IMG/VR virus record: IMGVR_UViG_3300028048_002144
Reading direction: 5' to 3' (one strand)
Source of the DNA: a virus
Lineage: Duplodnaviria; Caudoviricetes
DNA: 64,000 bases
Shown here: positions 20,966 through 30,848 of the stretch, one piece after another
Numbering within the stretch: the stretch's first letter is position 1
Layout of the letters: every line of letters starts with the position of its first letter
The notes under the pieces: model-generated
The model's input: only the letters and a program-made list of their open reading frames with translations
What the model was told of the DNA's origin: nothing
Databases searched by the model: none
Position numbers and translations under genes: made by a program

Positions 20966-21030
20966 TCGATTTTAAAAAGAAAAGCCTTACTACAAATGTA
21001 GTAAGACTTTTTTAATTGTTAAAAATCATA

Positions 21031-21420
21031 TTACAAGCATGCACATCTATCCATTCGATCGAACAAAACTTTTACATCATGTTCCAGATTATTGAATGAT
21101 GTAAAATGATTTGAACCACCCTTATAATCTGTAGAGTTTTTAGCTGTTCTATAAAGAACCCCGTTCATACATGATGATTCTGAAAAATCATGGTATCCAC
21201 GGAATCGATCCATACCAGAACTAATGTAGATATATTTATCATCCTTTTTAATGAACCCAGAGGTATCATAATGATTAGCTTTGAATCCAATAATTTCTGC
21301 ATCTGGGAAAGTTCGCTCCAGGTAATGTCTGAGAGCTTTGCAAAACTGCTTATACTCTCCACTGCATGTAGAACCATTGTCTGTAATGTGCTTCTTATCC
21401 CACTTTCTAAATATCTTCAT
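21031..21420 (-). CDS. Hypothetical protein
   Basis: Motif + SD cassette upstream. Confidence 0.65.
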   Translation of the reverse strand: MKIFRKWDKKHITDNGSTCSGEYKQFCKALRHYLERTFPDAEIIGFKANHYDTSGFIKKDDKYIYISSGMDRFRGYHDFSESSCMNGVLYRTAKNSTDYKGGSNHFTSFNNLEHDVKVLFDRMDRCACL

Positions 21421-21524
21421 TTCGTTTCTCCTTTCATACTTTAAAAATTCTATTTAAAATATGAAAGATTTTTGCATAAAAATAGATGGACACGGTTAAT
21501 ACCATGCCCATCCATTTATTATTT

Positions 21525-23600
21525 TTACAGCTCTAAATCATCAATAATGTTATCTTTAATAGCTTCGCCAATTTCTTCTTTAGATATATCAGATAACTCT
21601 TTAACATCCTTCTTTAAGGCTTCAATATTCTTAATATCTATACCCTTAATATCACATCTGAGTTCTTTATTCTCTAATATGTTATCTAATTTCTTTGCCA
21701 GATCATAATCATTAGTGATATACGTCTTAGTATTTATACCTTCTAGCTCATTATTAAAGGATATTAGATTATTAGATAATTCTGTATCTAATCCTAACTG
21801 AGCGTCACCGTATACGTTTACTACATAAAGCATTTCATCTTTATCACCCAGAACTAAATCACCCTTTTGAATATCTTCAATAATTTCGTTTCCGACATAT
21901 TCAGTCATTAGCATATCAGATACTTCTTCTATCGGTGCAGCTTCTAAGGCTTCTTCGTATTTAGCATAATTTGCAGTTAGTTCAGTAACTTTATCTAATT
22001 TCTGATCAGTTACTGCAGCTATATACTCTTCTAATTTGTCCGGTTCAGTCTGAATGATATTTTCAATTTCTGGATCCAAAGTACGTCTAACTGATTCATC
22101 ATGTAATGTATACACGATAGCTTCAGCCATAGCCTTTTCGCCATCTTCTTGATTGAATACCATTTCAAGAGACTCTTTATCCAGGTTATTATCTAATCCA
22201 AATTTAAGAGCAGATAACTTCTTCTCGCTCATATCCTCTGGGAATTTCTCTACGTTATCTTTAACGATACCCCGTTCCTTTAAAGTATCGAGGATTGCTG
22301 TTTTATCCATTTCAGATACTTTGGTTACATCTGGTAATTCGATACCCATTCTAGCATTGTCTCTTCTTAAACTAGCAATATCTTTTTCGATATTCGCCAT
22401 TTTACTTAATGTAGCTACCTTTTCTTTTTCAAGTTCTTTTAATTCTAAAGAATAAGGTCTCTTCATTCTCTGATGATGAGTAATTTCCTTATCAATACGA
22501 GCCTGATTTTCTTTGATAACATCCATCTTACGTTCAGCTTTATCTTTTACATAAACCTTTTCGGCAACTCTTCCAAAATCTATAGCATGTCTTTGGGCCT
22601 TACGGTTTTGATGTATTAATCTTGTTTCTTCAATTTTAGCTGAAATCGAAGTTTTTGTATCTCTGAACTTAGTCATTAAAGTATCATTTAATGATCTCTG
22701 ATATAATCTCTTTGCTTCGAGTTTATATGTCTGCTCATTGATCTTATTAATCTTTTCCTGGGCACGAGCAAATTGCCACTCTTTTACTTTAATTTCAATA
22801 GAGTTAACTTTTGCAAGTACCTTATTCTTTGTTTTAACAAGAGTGTTATTAAGCTGATCTCTATAAGCTTTACCCTTCTCCTGCATCTTTTCGTAGCTTT
22901 CTTTTGTTCTAGTAGTAAGTCTTTCTTTTACACTTAAAAGGAATTCATCTCTACGTTTAAAATGCTCTTCTAATGCTGTATTAAGTTTATTAGCCTGATT
23001 AACTATAGCATCTTTCATAGCTTTAAGTGGGCTTAATGTAAACTCTGCCGCTTTCTTCATATTGTGAGGAAGACTCTGAACCTTTTCAGCAGCTTTTCTA
23101 TAGATATCACTAATATTGATTGCACGTTCGTTAATGCCTATAGCATCTTCATAAATACCCTTTAACATCTTATAGTTCACAAGGAAACTCTTAAAGTCTT
23201 TACTATCAAGATTTCCTACTGGATCTGGTACATCCCCTTCACCAATTAACAGATGATAATTATCCTGGAGGATAGAACGAGGAATCTGAAGCTGTTTAAC
23301 TATATTGTCTAAACTTAAAAAGCCTTCCTGCTGCGAGAATTCATCAAAGAACTCATTTAAGTCTGGGTACTTATCAATGATTTCATCAATACTTTTTATG
23401 CTTTTGATCTTTGAAATTTGTTTTAATGCAGAATTAATTGTATTTACTGTGTCCTTTCTTTTTGTGTCCATAATATCCTGGACTACAGATAAAGTATCGT
23501 TAGCGCCTGTAGAAAGGTCTGTATTTTGATCCGTTAAAAAACTTACTGTTTCTTTCAAATTTGTCATTTCTTTTGTTATTTGTCCATTAAAATCGTTCAT
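21525..23600 (-). CDS. Large coiled-coil hypothetical protein
   Basis: 691 aa, K/E/Q-rich heptads, acidic C-terminus. Confidence 0.7.
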   Translation of the reverse strand: MNDFNGQITKEMTNLKETVSFLTDQNTDLSTGANDTLSVVQDIMDTKRKDTVNTINSALKQISKIKSIKSIDEIIDKYPDLNEFFDEFSQQEGFLSLDNIVKQLQIPRSILQDNYHLLIGEGDVPDPVGNLDSKDFKSFLVNYKMLKGIYEDAIGINERAINISDIYRKAAEKVQSLPHNMKKAAEFTLSPLKAMKDAIVNQANKLNTALEEHFKRRDEFLLSVKERLTTRTKESYEKMQEKGKAYRDQLNNTLVKTKNKVLAKVNSIEIKVKEWQFARAQEKINKINEQTYKLEAKRLYQRSLNDTLMTKFRDTKTSISAKIEETRLIHQNRKAQRHAIDFGRVAEKVYVKDKAERKMDVIKENQARIDKEITHHQRMKRPYSLELKELEKEKVATLSKMANIEKDIASLRRDNARMGIELPDVTKVSEMDKTAILDTLKERGIVKDNVEKFPEDMSEKKLSALKFGLDNNLDKESLEMVFNQEDGEKAMAEAIVYTLHDESVRRTLDPEIENIIQTEPDKLEEYIAAVTDQKLDKVTELTANYAKYEEALEAAPIEEVSDMLMTEYVGNEIIEDIQKGDLVLGDKDEMLYVVNVYGDAQLGLDTELSNNLISFNNELEGINTKTYITNDYDLAKKLDNILENKELRCDIKGIDIKNIEALKKDVKELSDISKEEIGEAIKDNIIDDLEL

Positions 23601-23710
23601 AACATACGCTCCTTATTTAAAAAATGAGTTAATAATACAAAAAAGAGAAGATATATAAATCTTCTCTTTAAATAATATGACTAAAAAATATTTAATTTTT
23701 AAGATTACTT

Positions 23711-25498
23711 TTATAAGAATATTCCATGATAATAATATTCAACATCAGAAAGTTCACATTGCAAATCTTTTTTTACTTGTTTCGTAAGACGATCATATCT
23801 CATATATAAAGGTTTATTAGTGTCTAACATAAGTGATGGCACAAAAGCATCATCAGTTGAATTAGTTAATGTAGGAACTGCCTGGTTAAAATACTCCGTA
23901 TACTGCTCTTTATTATTAAAATCTTTTATATCTTTATACACTGATTTCATATGAGAATAAATAATATTCCATATAAAAAGTATTTCTTCATCAGACAATT
24001 CTTCATATTTCGGTAATTTATATCCTGGGAAAATATATTCCAGAGAATATGCTCTAAAAAATCCAGTAATATAAGCTACATAATATAAAGTATTATGAAT
24101 ATCTTCGCTATTATTTTTGTCAAGAACATTATTGATTAGATTATTAGCAATGTCAAATTCTTCAACATAATTCTTGAAGCAATACTTGAGATTTATACCC
24201 CTACCATACAAATTGCAAGTACCTCTAAGTGAAGATGTATCCCAATTATCTTCTACGCCATAAATTGCTTTGTATGGATCGTTATCAAATTCTTCATCAG
24301 AAAAAATAATTCCTTCGGCTTTAGCTTCTCTTTTTAAAGCTTCAAGATATTTAGAATTATCACTTGATACAGGGATACCAGTAATTAGTGTTCTAAATAA
24401 AATTGAAGAGCCACCAAGATAAAACCCATCTCTAAGCGAGCCAGTTGCACGAAGTAGCTTAATACGGTTAAGATATACTATATCATCATAATAATATACA
24501 TGATTCCAATGTAAATTGTCTTCCATCATATCTCCGGTTCCGGATCCAACCTGGCAAGGTCTTACAAAAGAATATACATCTAATTCTTTAAAACGTTTTC
24601 TTACTTCATCAGAATTAGTGTTATTAATCATATTGCTTATGCAGCTTTCCCCATCTTCAAGTGCATAATATCCAGGATGTAAATTTGAGCGTGTTAAACA
24701 CATATCATTAGGTTTACCGTCTACAGAAGGATATTTACACATATTCTGAAATTTTTCATAATCTAATTCAGAATATTTTTCATCGTCATATTGTTTTTTT
24801 AATATAGGATAAAAATTCCCTTTAAATTCAAAAATACTTCTAAAAAACTGTTCTGCATAATACGTTGGACTAACATATTTGTCTGAAAATGATTTTTCAA
24901 TACGGTGAAAACCGTGGTTGAATCTCTCTACAAATCCATTTCTTAAGCAATCTACAAAGCCACCTTTTACTGGATCGCTGCACTTAATTGCTTCTGGATT
25001 CTCATGGTAGAAATTGCTGATATAACAAGCACGGTTATACATTTCTTCCCAACGAGGATACATATCTTCTGCAGATACTTCCTTTGTAAGAAGACGCATT
25101 TTTTCTCTATTCTCACAAGTATCTTCTGGGAGAATAGGTGTATAATCATCAAATTCCTTTTTGTTCTCTTCTGACTTAAACTGCTTACCAGGGAAAAGAA
25201 ATCCTTCTTTGTATGAATCAACAGTTACTTTAGAATAAAGCTCATCTTTAACTTCAAAAGTATCCATATTGCTATGTGTACATGGATGTAAAATTCCCTT
25301 TTTAGCATATGCTGTCAAAATAGGGTGTTTAAGATCACAAATATCGCCACCAATAGCGTCAATAAGTTTTTCGCCAGCTTTCGGATCCTTGCACTCATCT
25401 TTTAAGATATATGTTCCATATTTACGAAATTCTCTTATATGCTTTTCGTAACGTGACATTTTCTTTTTTGGTTTAATTAGTTTCTTAAAAAGTCCCAT
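23711..25498 (-). CDS. Hypothetical protein
   Basis: 595-aa ORF with SD AAGGAG; no family recognised. Confidence 0.7.
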   Translation of the reverse strand: MGLFKKLIKPKKKMSRYEKHIREFRKYGTYILKDECKDPKAGEKLIDAIGGDICDLKHPILTAYAKKGILHPCTHSNMDTFEVKDELYSKVTVDSYKEGFLFPGKQFKSEENKKEFDDYTPILPEDTCENREKMRLLTKEVSAEDMYPRWEEMYNRACYISNFYHENPEAIKCSDPVKGGFVDCLRNGFVERFNHGFHRIEKSFSDKYVSPTYYAEQFFRSIFEFKGNFYPILKKQYDDEKYSELDYEKFQNMCKYPSVDGKPNDMCLTRSNLHPGYYALEDGESCISNMINNTNSDEVRKRFKELDVYSFVRPCQVGSGTGDMMEDNLHWNHVYYYDDIVYLNRIKLLRATGSLRDGFYLGGSSILFRTLITGIPVSSDNSKYLEALKREAKAEGIIFSDEEFDNDPYKAIYGVEDNWDTSSLRGTCNLYGRGINLKYCFKNYVEEFDIANNLINNVLDKNNSEDIHNTLYYVAYITGFFRAYSLEYIFPGYKLPKYEELSDEEILFIWNIIYSHMKSVYKDIKDFNNKEQYTEYFNQAVPTLTNSTDDAFVPSLMLDTNKPLYMRYDRLTKQVKKDLQCELSDVEYYYHGIFL

Positions 25499-25663
25499 TT
25501 TTTTATCTCCTTAATGAATCGTACTTTATGATAATATGGTTATTTTCTATTAGTATATTATCATATATTTGGTATTTTTCTATATATAATATGACATGAT
25601 TTAGTGTTATTTCGTCATTTTTTGTACTATTTATCTTTTTAGAGATTTCTTGCTTATGGTGTG

Positions 25664-26812
25664 TTAAAAATTTACCTTCTGGAATCTATATGTCCAGAGA
25701 TTAGCTTTAAAATCACCAACCTCATCTGCAGTAGATACTAAAATAGCTCTTTCTGCTAGATTACCAGCACCATCTCTTATAAAACATCCATTGTGGTTTC
25801 TATTATGCCCTGTATTACCTGGACCAATAGCAGCCACTCTATTCCATCCAACACCTTGTAAGTCTCCTAAATCACCATTCCAAGACGTTACATAGATACT
25901 CTGGGTCTGGGAAATATTAGATAATGCACCAGCAGGGAACATGTAATTCACATGTGTATCACAAGTCATATATAATTCATCACCACTAACAGCAAAATCT
26001 GCATTACTGATAAAATCTCCACCCATATTTCTTACTGTTACTGGTTGAGATAGATTTACACTAGTTAGATCATTAGATATAAGTTCTCTACATAGAGTAG
26101 AAGTAAGTGAAGTAGTTCCTCTTGTATAGAAGAGAAATGTCTTACCATTTTTAGTTAAAAGTGAAGGTTGACCTACGCCCCAACCACCTTCAGTTCCAAC
26201 TACTCTTCCTACTTTTGTCCAGTTGTAAAGGTCATTTGATACTGCAAAGCCTATTTCATTATTTGTACAGTCATAAGTTCTACATCCAAGATATGCCATC
26301 AGATAAGAGTAATTACTTCCCTGGAATGAAAAGTTCCCAGATATTACTGATGGATCACAAACCTGTACACTATCCCATGCTCCAGGTGTTGTAGTAAGAA
26401 CTCTTCTACCATTTAAACTAATACCATCTTTTATCTCTCCAGGAGTAGCTTCGTTAGAGCAATAAAGAACTGTTCCATTTATAACTGTAGGACAATATTT
26501 ATACACATATCGCTCTACTTTTTGATTAACCGAAGGAGTTCTTGTATTAGTCTTTCTAAATGTAATCCTTTTAGAAGGCGTACTTTTACTTACTTCTTTT
26601 ACTTCTGCTATAGGTTTAGCATCTTTTAAAAGTGGATTTTCTTTTTTACTTACCTTTTCTTTAACAGAGGGTTTATTTGTAGATTCTGTCTTTGTTTCTA
26701 TTTTTTTATTACTACGTTGGTTTGTTTTAACAACAAAAACAGATAATGTAGATATTCCTATAATTATTAATAGTAACTTGATTAGATTTTTGCGGCATAA
26801 AAAATTCTTCAT
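25664..26812 (-). CDS. Membrane-anchored beta-propeller glycoside-hydrolase-like protein (GH43/32/130-type fold)
   Basis: N-terminal TM, K-rich linker, WD..VCDPSV, AVSNDLYNW, GVGQPSLL. Confidence 0.55.
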   Translation of the reverse strand: MKNFLCRKNLIKLLLIIIGISTLSVFVVKTNQRSNKKIETKTESTNKPSVKEKVSKKENPLLKDAKPIAEVKEVSKSTPSKRITFRKTNTRTPSVNQKVERYVYKYCPTVINGTVLYCSNEATPGEIKDGISLNGRRVLTTTPGAWDSVQVCDPSVISGNFSFQGSNYSYLMAYLGCRTYDCTNNEIGFAVSNDLYNWTKVGRVVGTEGGWGVGQPSLLTKNGKTFLFYTRGTTSLTSTLCRELISNDLTSVNLSQPVTVRNMGGDFISNADFAVSGDELYMTCDTHVNYMFPAGALSNISQTQSIYVTSWNGDLGDLQGVGWNRVAAIGPGNTGHNRNHNGCFIRDGAGNLAERAILVSTADEVGDFKANLWTYRFQKVNF

Positions 26813-27058
26813 ATCTTGTATTCCTCCTATTATTTGCCTATCTTTAATATGACAACTTGGGAATTCTACAAAATACGAAGAATGAGATAATTACGATATA
26901 TTAGTGCTTCTATTGCCGAAATTAATGGAGTTCCTATCTTAACGTTTATAAAGAGAAAATATTAGTAGATTATATTAGACTTTAATTTTAATGATAAAAG
27001 AGATAAGATTAGAAATAGATTATTATAATCTAAAGATTTTAATATAGGGAGAATAGAA

Positions 27059-27664
27059 ATGGATGCTACTTTCTTAATTAAGAAAATATACCAAGATTAT
27101 GAATGCTCAGAATATTTAGTGAATGGTGCCATTAAATATACTTTAAATTATAATGAGCATCCTGTAACAATAATGTATTCAAAAGACAATAATTTAAGTA
27201 ATGCATTACGAATAATTATAACCGTAGATAGAACAGATTATTTATTGATAGAATATATTTATAAAAATGATGATAATTTTGAAATAAATACTTTCATTGA
27301 TAATGAAGTATATAATGAACTACAATTTTCCTTTTTTCAATTAAAAAATAAAAAGTGCCCAACAGAACCTTTTTTCGATAAAATTAAAGATCATATTATT
27401 AATAACGAACCTGTAATAACGCCTGAACCAGAACGACATTATTATCAGCGTCATAACAATAATTTTTTGCCTTATTTCGAGACAGTAGTTAGACATAAAA
27501 TGTCAAATATAATGAGACAAAGAATTACTCATTCATACCCAAAAGATCTAGCATATAAAATATTAGAGTATTGCAAAAATACTTATACGCTGCGATTTAC
27601 TGAAGATGAGAATAGAGCAAAAGATATTGTTATTGCTTTAGACCTAAATAAATTAAATGATTGA
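27059..27664 (+). CDS. Hypothetical protein (counter-oriented, very AT-rich)
   Basis: 201-aa ORF with SD GGGAG. Confidence 0.65.
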   Translation: MDATFLIKKIYQDYECSEYLVNGAIKYTLNYNEHPVTIMYSKDNNLSNALRIIITVDRTDYLLIEYIYKNDDNFEINTFIDNEVYNELQFSFFQLKNKKCPTEPFFDKIKDHIINNEPVITPEPERHYYQRHNNNFLPYFETVVRHKMSNIMRQRITHSYPKDLAYKILEYCKNTYTLRFTEDENRAKDIVIALDLNKLND

Positions 27665-27871
27665 AATGCTAGAAATATCATCTATTGGTAATGATGTTTT
27701 CCCATATCTTTCCGAGCTAATATTATCGTTTGGCATTTGTTCTAAGGATATATATCCGGCAAGTTTTGAATCTTCAATTATAACCTCAGAATTGAAGACA
27801 ATACCGAAATATTTATTGTTATCATTTGTGCAAATAATTGCTTTTTTATTTTTTAATCGTTGAATATTCAT
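27653..27871 (-). CDS. Small hypothetical protein
   Basis: SD GAAAGGA. Confidence 0.55.
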   Translation of the reverse strand: MNIQRLKNKKAIICTNDNNKYFGIVFNSEVIIEDSKLAGYISLEQMPNDNISSERYGKTSLPIDDISSISII

Positions 27872-27898
27872 AAAGTATTCCTTTCAAACTTATTGTAA

Positions 27899-28123
27899 CT
27901 AGTTAGATATTTTTCTTCCGCAAAATGGGCAAAAAAGTATATCAACATTAATTTCTGAAACACATTGGTCGTTTTTAAATGCCTGTGTAACAAAAGTGTC
28001 ACCAACGACAAAAGAAAGACTATAGTCATTTTCAGATGCTTGGTGACTTGTTTTCCATTTTAAAAGATTTTTATCTTTTTCTCTTAGGCAATATTTACAT
28101 CCATTTTTGTTATTCATATACAC
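27899..28123 (-). CDS. Small zinc-binding protein
   Basis: CKYC...FCPFCGRKI. Confidence 0.65.
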   Translation of the reverse strand: MYMNNKNGCKYCLREKDKNLLKWKTSHQASENDYSLSFVVGDTFVTQAFKNDQCVSEINVDILFCPFCGRKISN

Positions 28124-28132
28124 GTTCCTTTC

Positions 28133-28477
28133 TTACAAAACATACATTTCGTGTGCTGAAATATGCTTGTACGGTGCGAATTTATCGTAATTAATGATTA
28201 TAAATTTTCTAGCATCTGGTACTGTGATATTAGAAGGCTCACCCGTTTCGTCCCAAATAGTAGCGTCAATCAGCTTATATGGTACTTCACATTTAATAGT
28301 AAAACCTTCTTGTTTGTCTATATACAAAACACAGTCTGTAGTATCTGTTTTCTCGTCTCCGAATTCTATGTTTATACTTACTTGTGGTTGATATAATTTG
28401 GAGCCAAATTTAATAAGGTCTTTTCTTGATTCATGTTTACCTAGTATCAAATATCCTAAAATTGTCGTTTCACTCAT
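28133..28477 (-). CDS. Hypothetical protein
   Basis: ORF with SD. Confidence 0.6.
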   Translation of the reverse strand: MSETTILGYLILGKHESRKDLIKFGSKLYQPQVSINIEFGDEKTDTTDCVLYIDKQEGFTIKCEVPYKLIDATIWDETGEPSNITVPDARKFIIINYDKFAPYKHISAHEMYVL

Positions 28478-28620
28478 TTTAAAATCCTTTACTAAATTAC
28501 TATAATGCCAGTATTTTGTTTATGAACTTATTTCATATACAATATGACAGAACATACAAAAAGAGGTTTCGCAATGAAACCTCTTTATATATTACTCGTA
28601 TATTACATTTCATTCACACA

Positions 28621-29304
28621 CTACATTTCAAGTGTTACATTTTCATCTAAAGTTACATTCTCAGATACTTTTGTCTTGCTGTTATAACCAGATACATAAT
28701 CATAAAACTCTGCACAAGCAAGAGCCATGTATGGCATAGTGAAGAAAAGATTAAGAATATTAAGTGTAAACATACCAAGGATTGCCCAGCCAATGAATGA
28801 TAACTCAAGTACGAAAAGATGCCACTTATTTCCATGCATCATCTGTCTGGACTCTGTAATTACTTCTTTCCAATTCTTATTTGGATCCTCTGCTAAAATA
28901 TAAGGAACCATTGCATATGAGAAACATTTTACATATGCTGGAATAATAAGAAGTGACCAAAGGAGATAAAAAAGACCTGTCATGAACATTGTAAAAGTAA
29001 TGTTAAGCCATTCCTTACCCTTGAAATAAGCAAATAGTTCTTTCTTTGTTACTTCGATTCCTCTGTTCTTCTTCATAATGTATGAAACCATACCAACACC
29101 CATTGGACAACCAATAAAGATTGAACACAGTGATAAGATCGAAAGAATTGGAACAATACTTCCAAGAATTCCTGCAACAGTACCAACGATCGCACCACCT
29201 ATCATACTAACTACAAGCCCTAGCATGATAACTCCGACAATCTGGAGACCACATTCCTTTCTAACAGATTTTGCTTTGTTTTTAATTGCTTTTCTCGAAT
29301 ACAT
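28621..29304 (-). CDS. DUF975-family integral membrane protein
   Basis: Multiple TMs; SYAMVPYILAEDP..ESRQMMHGNKWHLFVLELSFIGW..PY. Confidence 0.85.
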   Translation of the reverse strand: MYSRKAIKNKAKSVRKECGLQIVGVIMLGLVVSMIGGAIVGTVAGILGSIVPILSILSLCSIFIGCPMGVGMVSYIMKKNRGIEVTKKELFAYFKGKEWLNITFTMFMTGLFYLLWSLLIIPAYVKCFSYAMVPYILAEDPNKNWKEVITESRQMMHGNKWHLFVLELSFIGWAILGMFTLNILNLFFTMPYMALACAEFYDYVSGYNSKTKVSENVTLDENVTLEM

Positions 29305-29705
29305 AATAATTTCCTCTCTAGTTTTAATTATTTTAGTGAAGTTATTGAAATATATGTATTTACTTCATAAATTTATATTTCGTTTATAATATGACAGAAC
29401 AAAAAAGAACGCAGCTATTAACTGCGCTCTTACATGTAAATAATTGTTTTTTTTGGATAGGATTGCCTTAGAACAAAGGCGTAAGACAATAATTTTTGTT
29501 TATTAGTGAGCATATTTATTATAATAAATATTAATTATAAAAGTCAAGAAGAATTGAGAAAATTCTATTCTAAATACAACAGTCTCAGATTAAATGTAAC
29601 TGAAATATACTATGTTGCATTTAATTTGAGAATAAATAAAATAAGTTCGAAGAAAAGATTCTCAATTATATGGAGAGAAAATTCTCATAAACACAAAAAA
29701 AGTGG

Positions 29706-30341
29706 TTAGTTGCCACTTCTTTTTGTTACTTTATAACTATTTGCAATCCCTTCTAATAGTCTATAGTTACAGTGATACCTTTTTATAACACCAGTAACTA
29801 CTTGTTTATTATATATAGTATCTGCTTTTTGCTCTATTTCTTTAATTATTCTTCTACAAAAAAGATACTCTTTTCTCATCAGAATACGTCTTTTTTCTTC
29901 ATCGGAATCTTTAGAAGGCTGGTCTAAATCAATAATCGTATAAACTCCATCTATAACAGGGAACATCTTTTTTATCTCTAAAACAGAAAGTAATCGCTTT
30001 TGATAAAACTGTCGCTCTTCCTCTGGCACTTCCATTTTATCAAGTTTAAACTCACCAACAGACAATAAAATATCGTTCTCATCAACTGGTGTATTCCTAA
30101 TATCAATAATTTCATATACCCTAAAATTTGTCGGGCCTACATCCTTCCAATTCCTGTGTTTTTCTTTTGCAGATGTCAAGGGAATTACATATTGATAACC
30201 ATCGTTATTTACCAAAATCCCTAAATGTGGCTTTTTATTATAGTTTCCCTCCGGATCATACATAACTTCTTTATCTGCATCGTGCAATGTTGCCAGATAG
30301 TTTATATCGATATAAACCATCTTAAAATCTGTTAAATTCAT
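29706..30341 (-). CDS. toxN: Type III TA toxin, ToxN/AbiQ family endoribonuclease
   Basis: VYIDINYL..D..V, KPHLGIL, YVIPLTSAK, KKMFPV. Start set to ATG 30341 (SD AGGGGAG), downstream of a repeat array and terminator. Confidence 0.85.
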   Translation of the reverse strand: MNLTDFKMVYIDINYLATLHDADKEVMYDPEGNYNKKPHLGILVNNDGYQYVIPLTSAKEKHRNWKDVGPTNFRVYEIIDIRNTPVDENDILLSVGEFKLDKMEVPEEERQFYQKRLLSVLEIKKMFPVIDGVYTIIDLDQPSKDSDEEKRRILMRKEYLFCRRIIKEIEQKADTIYNKQVVTGVIKRYHCNYRLLEGIANSYKVTKRSGN

Positions 30342-30356
30342 AATTCTCCCCTTTGC

Positions 30357-30390
30357 AAAAAATATGGGAAGCCTCAAGAAGCTTCCCATA
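30357..30390 (-). terminator. Terminator between antitoxin repeats and toxin
   Basis: TATGGGAAGC/GCTTCCCATA hairpin with U-run; canonical type III TA layout. Confidence 0.85.
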
Positions 30391-30504
30391 AAACATTATC
30401 GTTCCTCGCTTTCTGGTGGAGGTTCACCAAACATTATCGTTCCTCGCTTTCTGGTGGAGGTTCACCAAACATTATCGTTCCTCGCTTTCTGGTGGAGGTT
30501 CACC
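30391..30504 (-). ncRNA. toxI: Type III antitoxin RNA (ToxI-like), 3 identical 38-nt repeats
   Basis: Unit GGUGAACCUCCACCAGAAAGCGAGGAACGAUAAUGUUU; H-type pseudoknot GGUG/CACC + CCUC/GAGG. Confidence 0.85.
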
Positions 30505-30573
30505 AAAACTATATAAATATGTCAACACATATTTAGTTCTTATTTGTTTATGTGAAATATACACGCAGGTATT

Positions 30574-30602
30574 ATATTAATCTTTTATAGAAAAATTGTC
30601 AA
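30574..30602 (-). promoter_or_regulatory. Sigma-A-like promoter of toxIN
   Basis: TTGACA-N17-TAATAT. Confidence 0.6.
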
Positions 30603-30848
30603 CACATTTTTTGTTACTAATAATATATCACTATATTATAGGGAATGCAAGTGTTTTCATTATTTATATCGGATAATATGACGTATTTATTATATTTGAG
30701 AAGTACCTCTTTCTTATATTTTTAAAATTTAATCTAAATATAAAAGTAGGTACTTCTCTTATTTCGTTTTATTAAATATTTTATTAATGTCAATATCTTT
30801 TATTATACGATAAGCTGATATGATGATAAAAGTAATATGGTTAAAGAA

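Noticed and set aside
30391-30504. CRISPR array
   Set aside because: Repeats are head-to-tail with no spacers and precede a terminator and toxN; this is a type III antitoxin layout.
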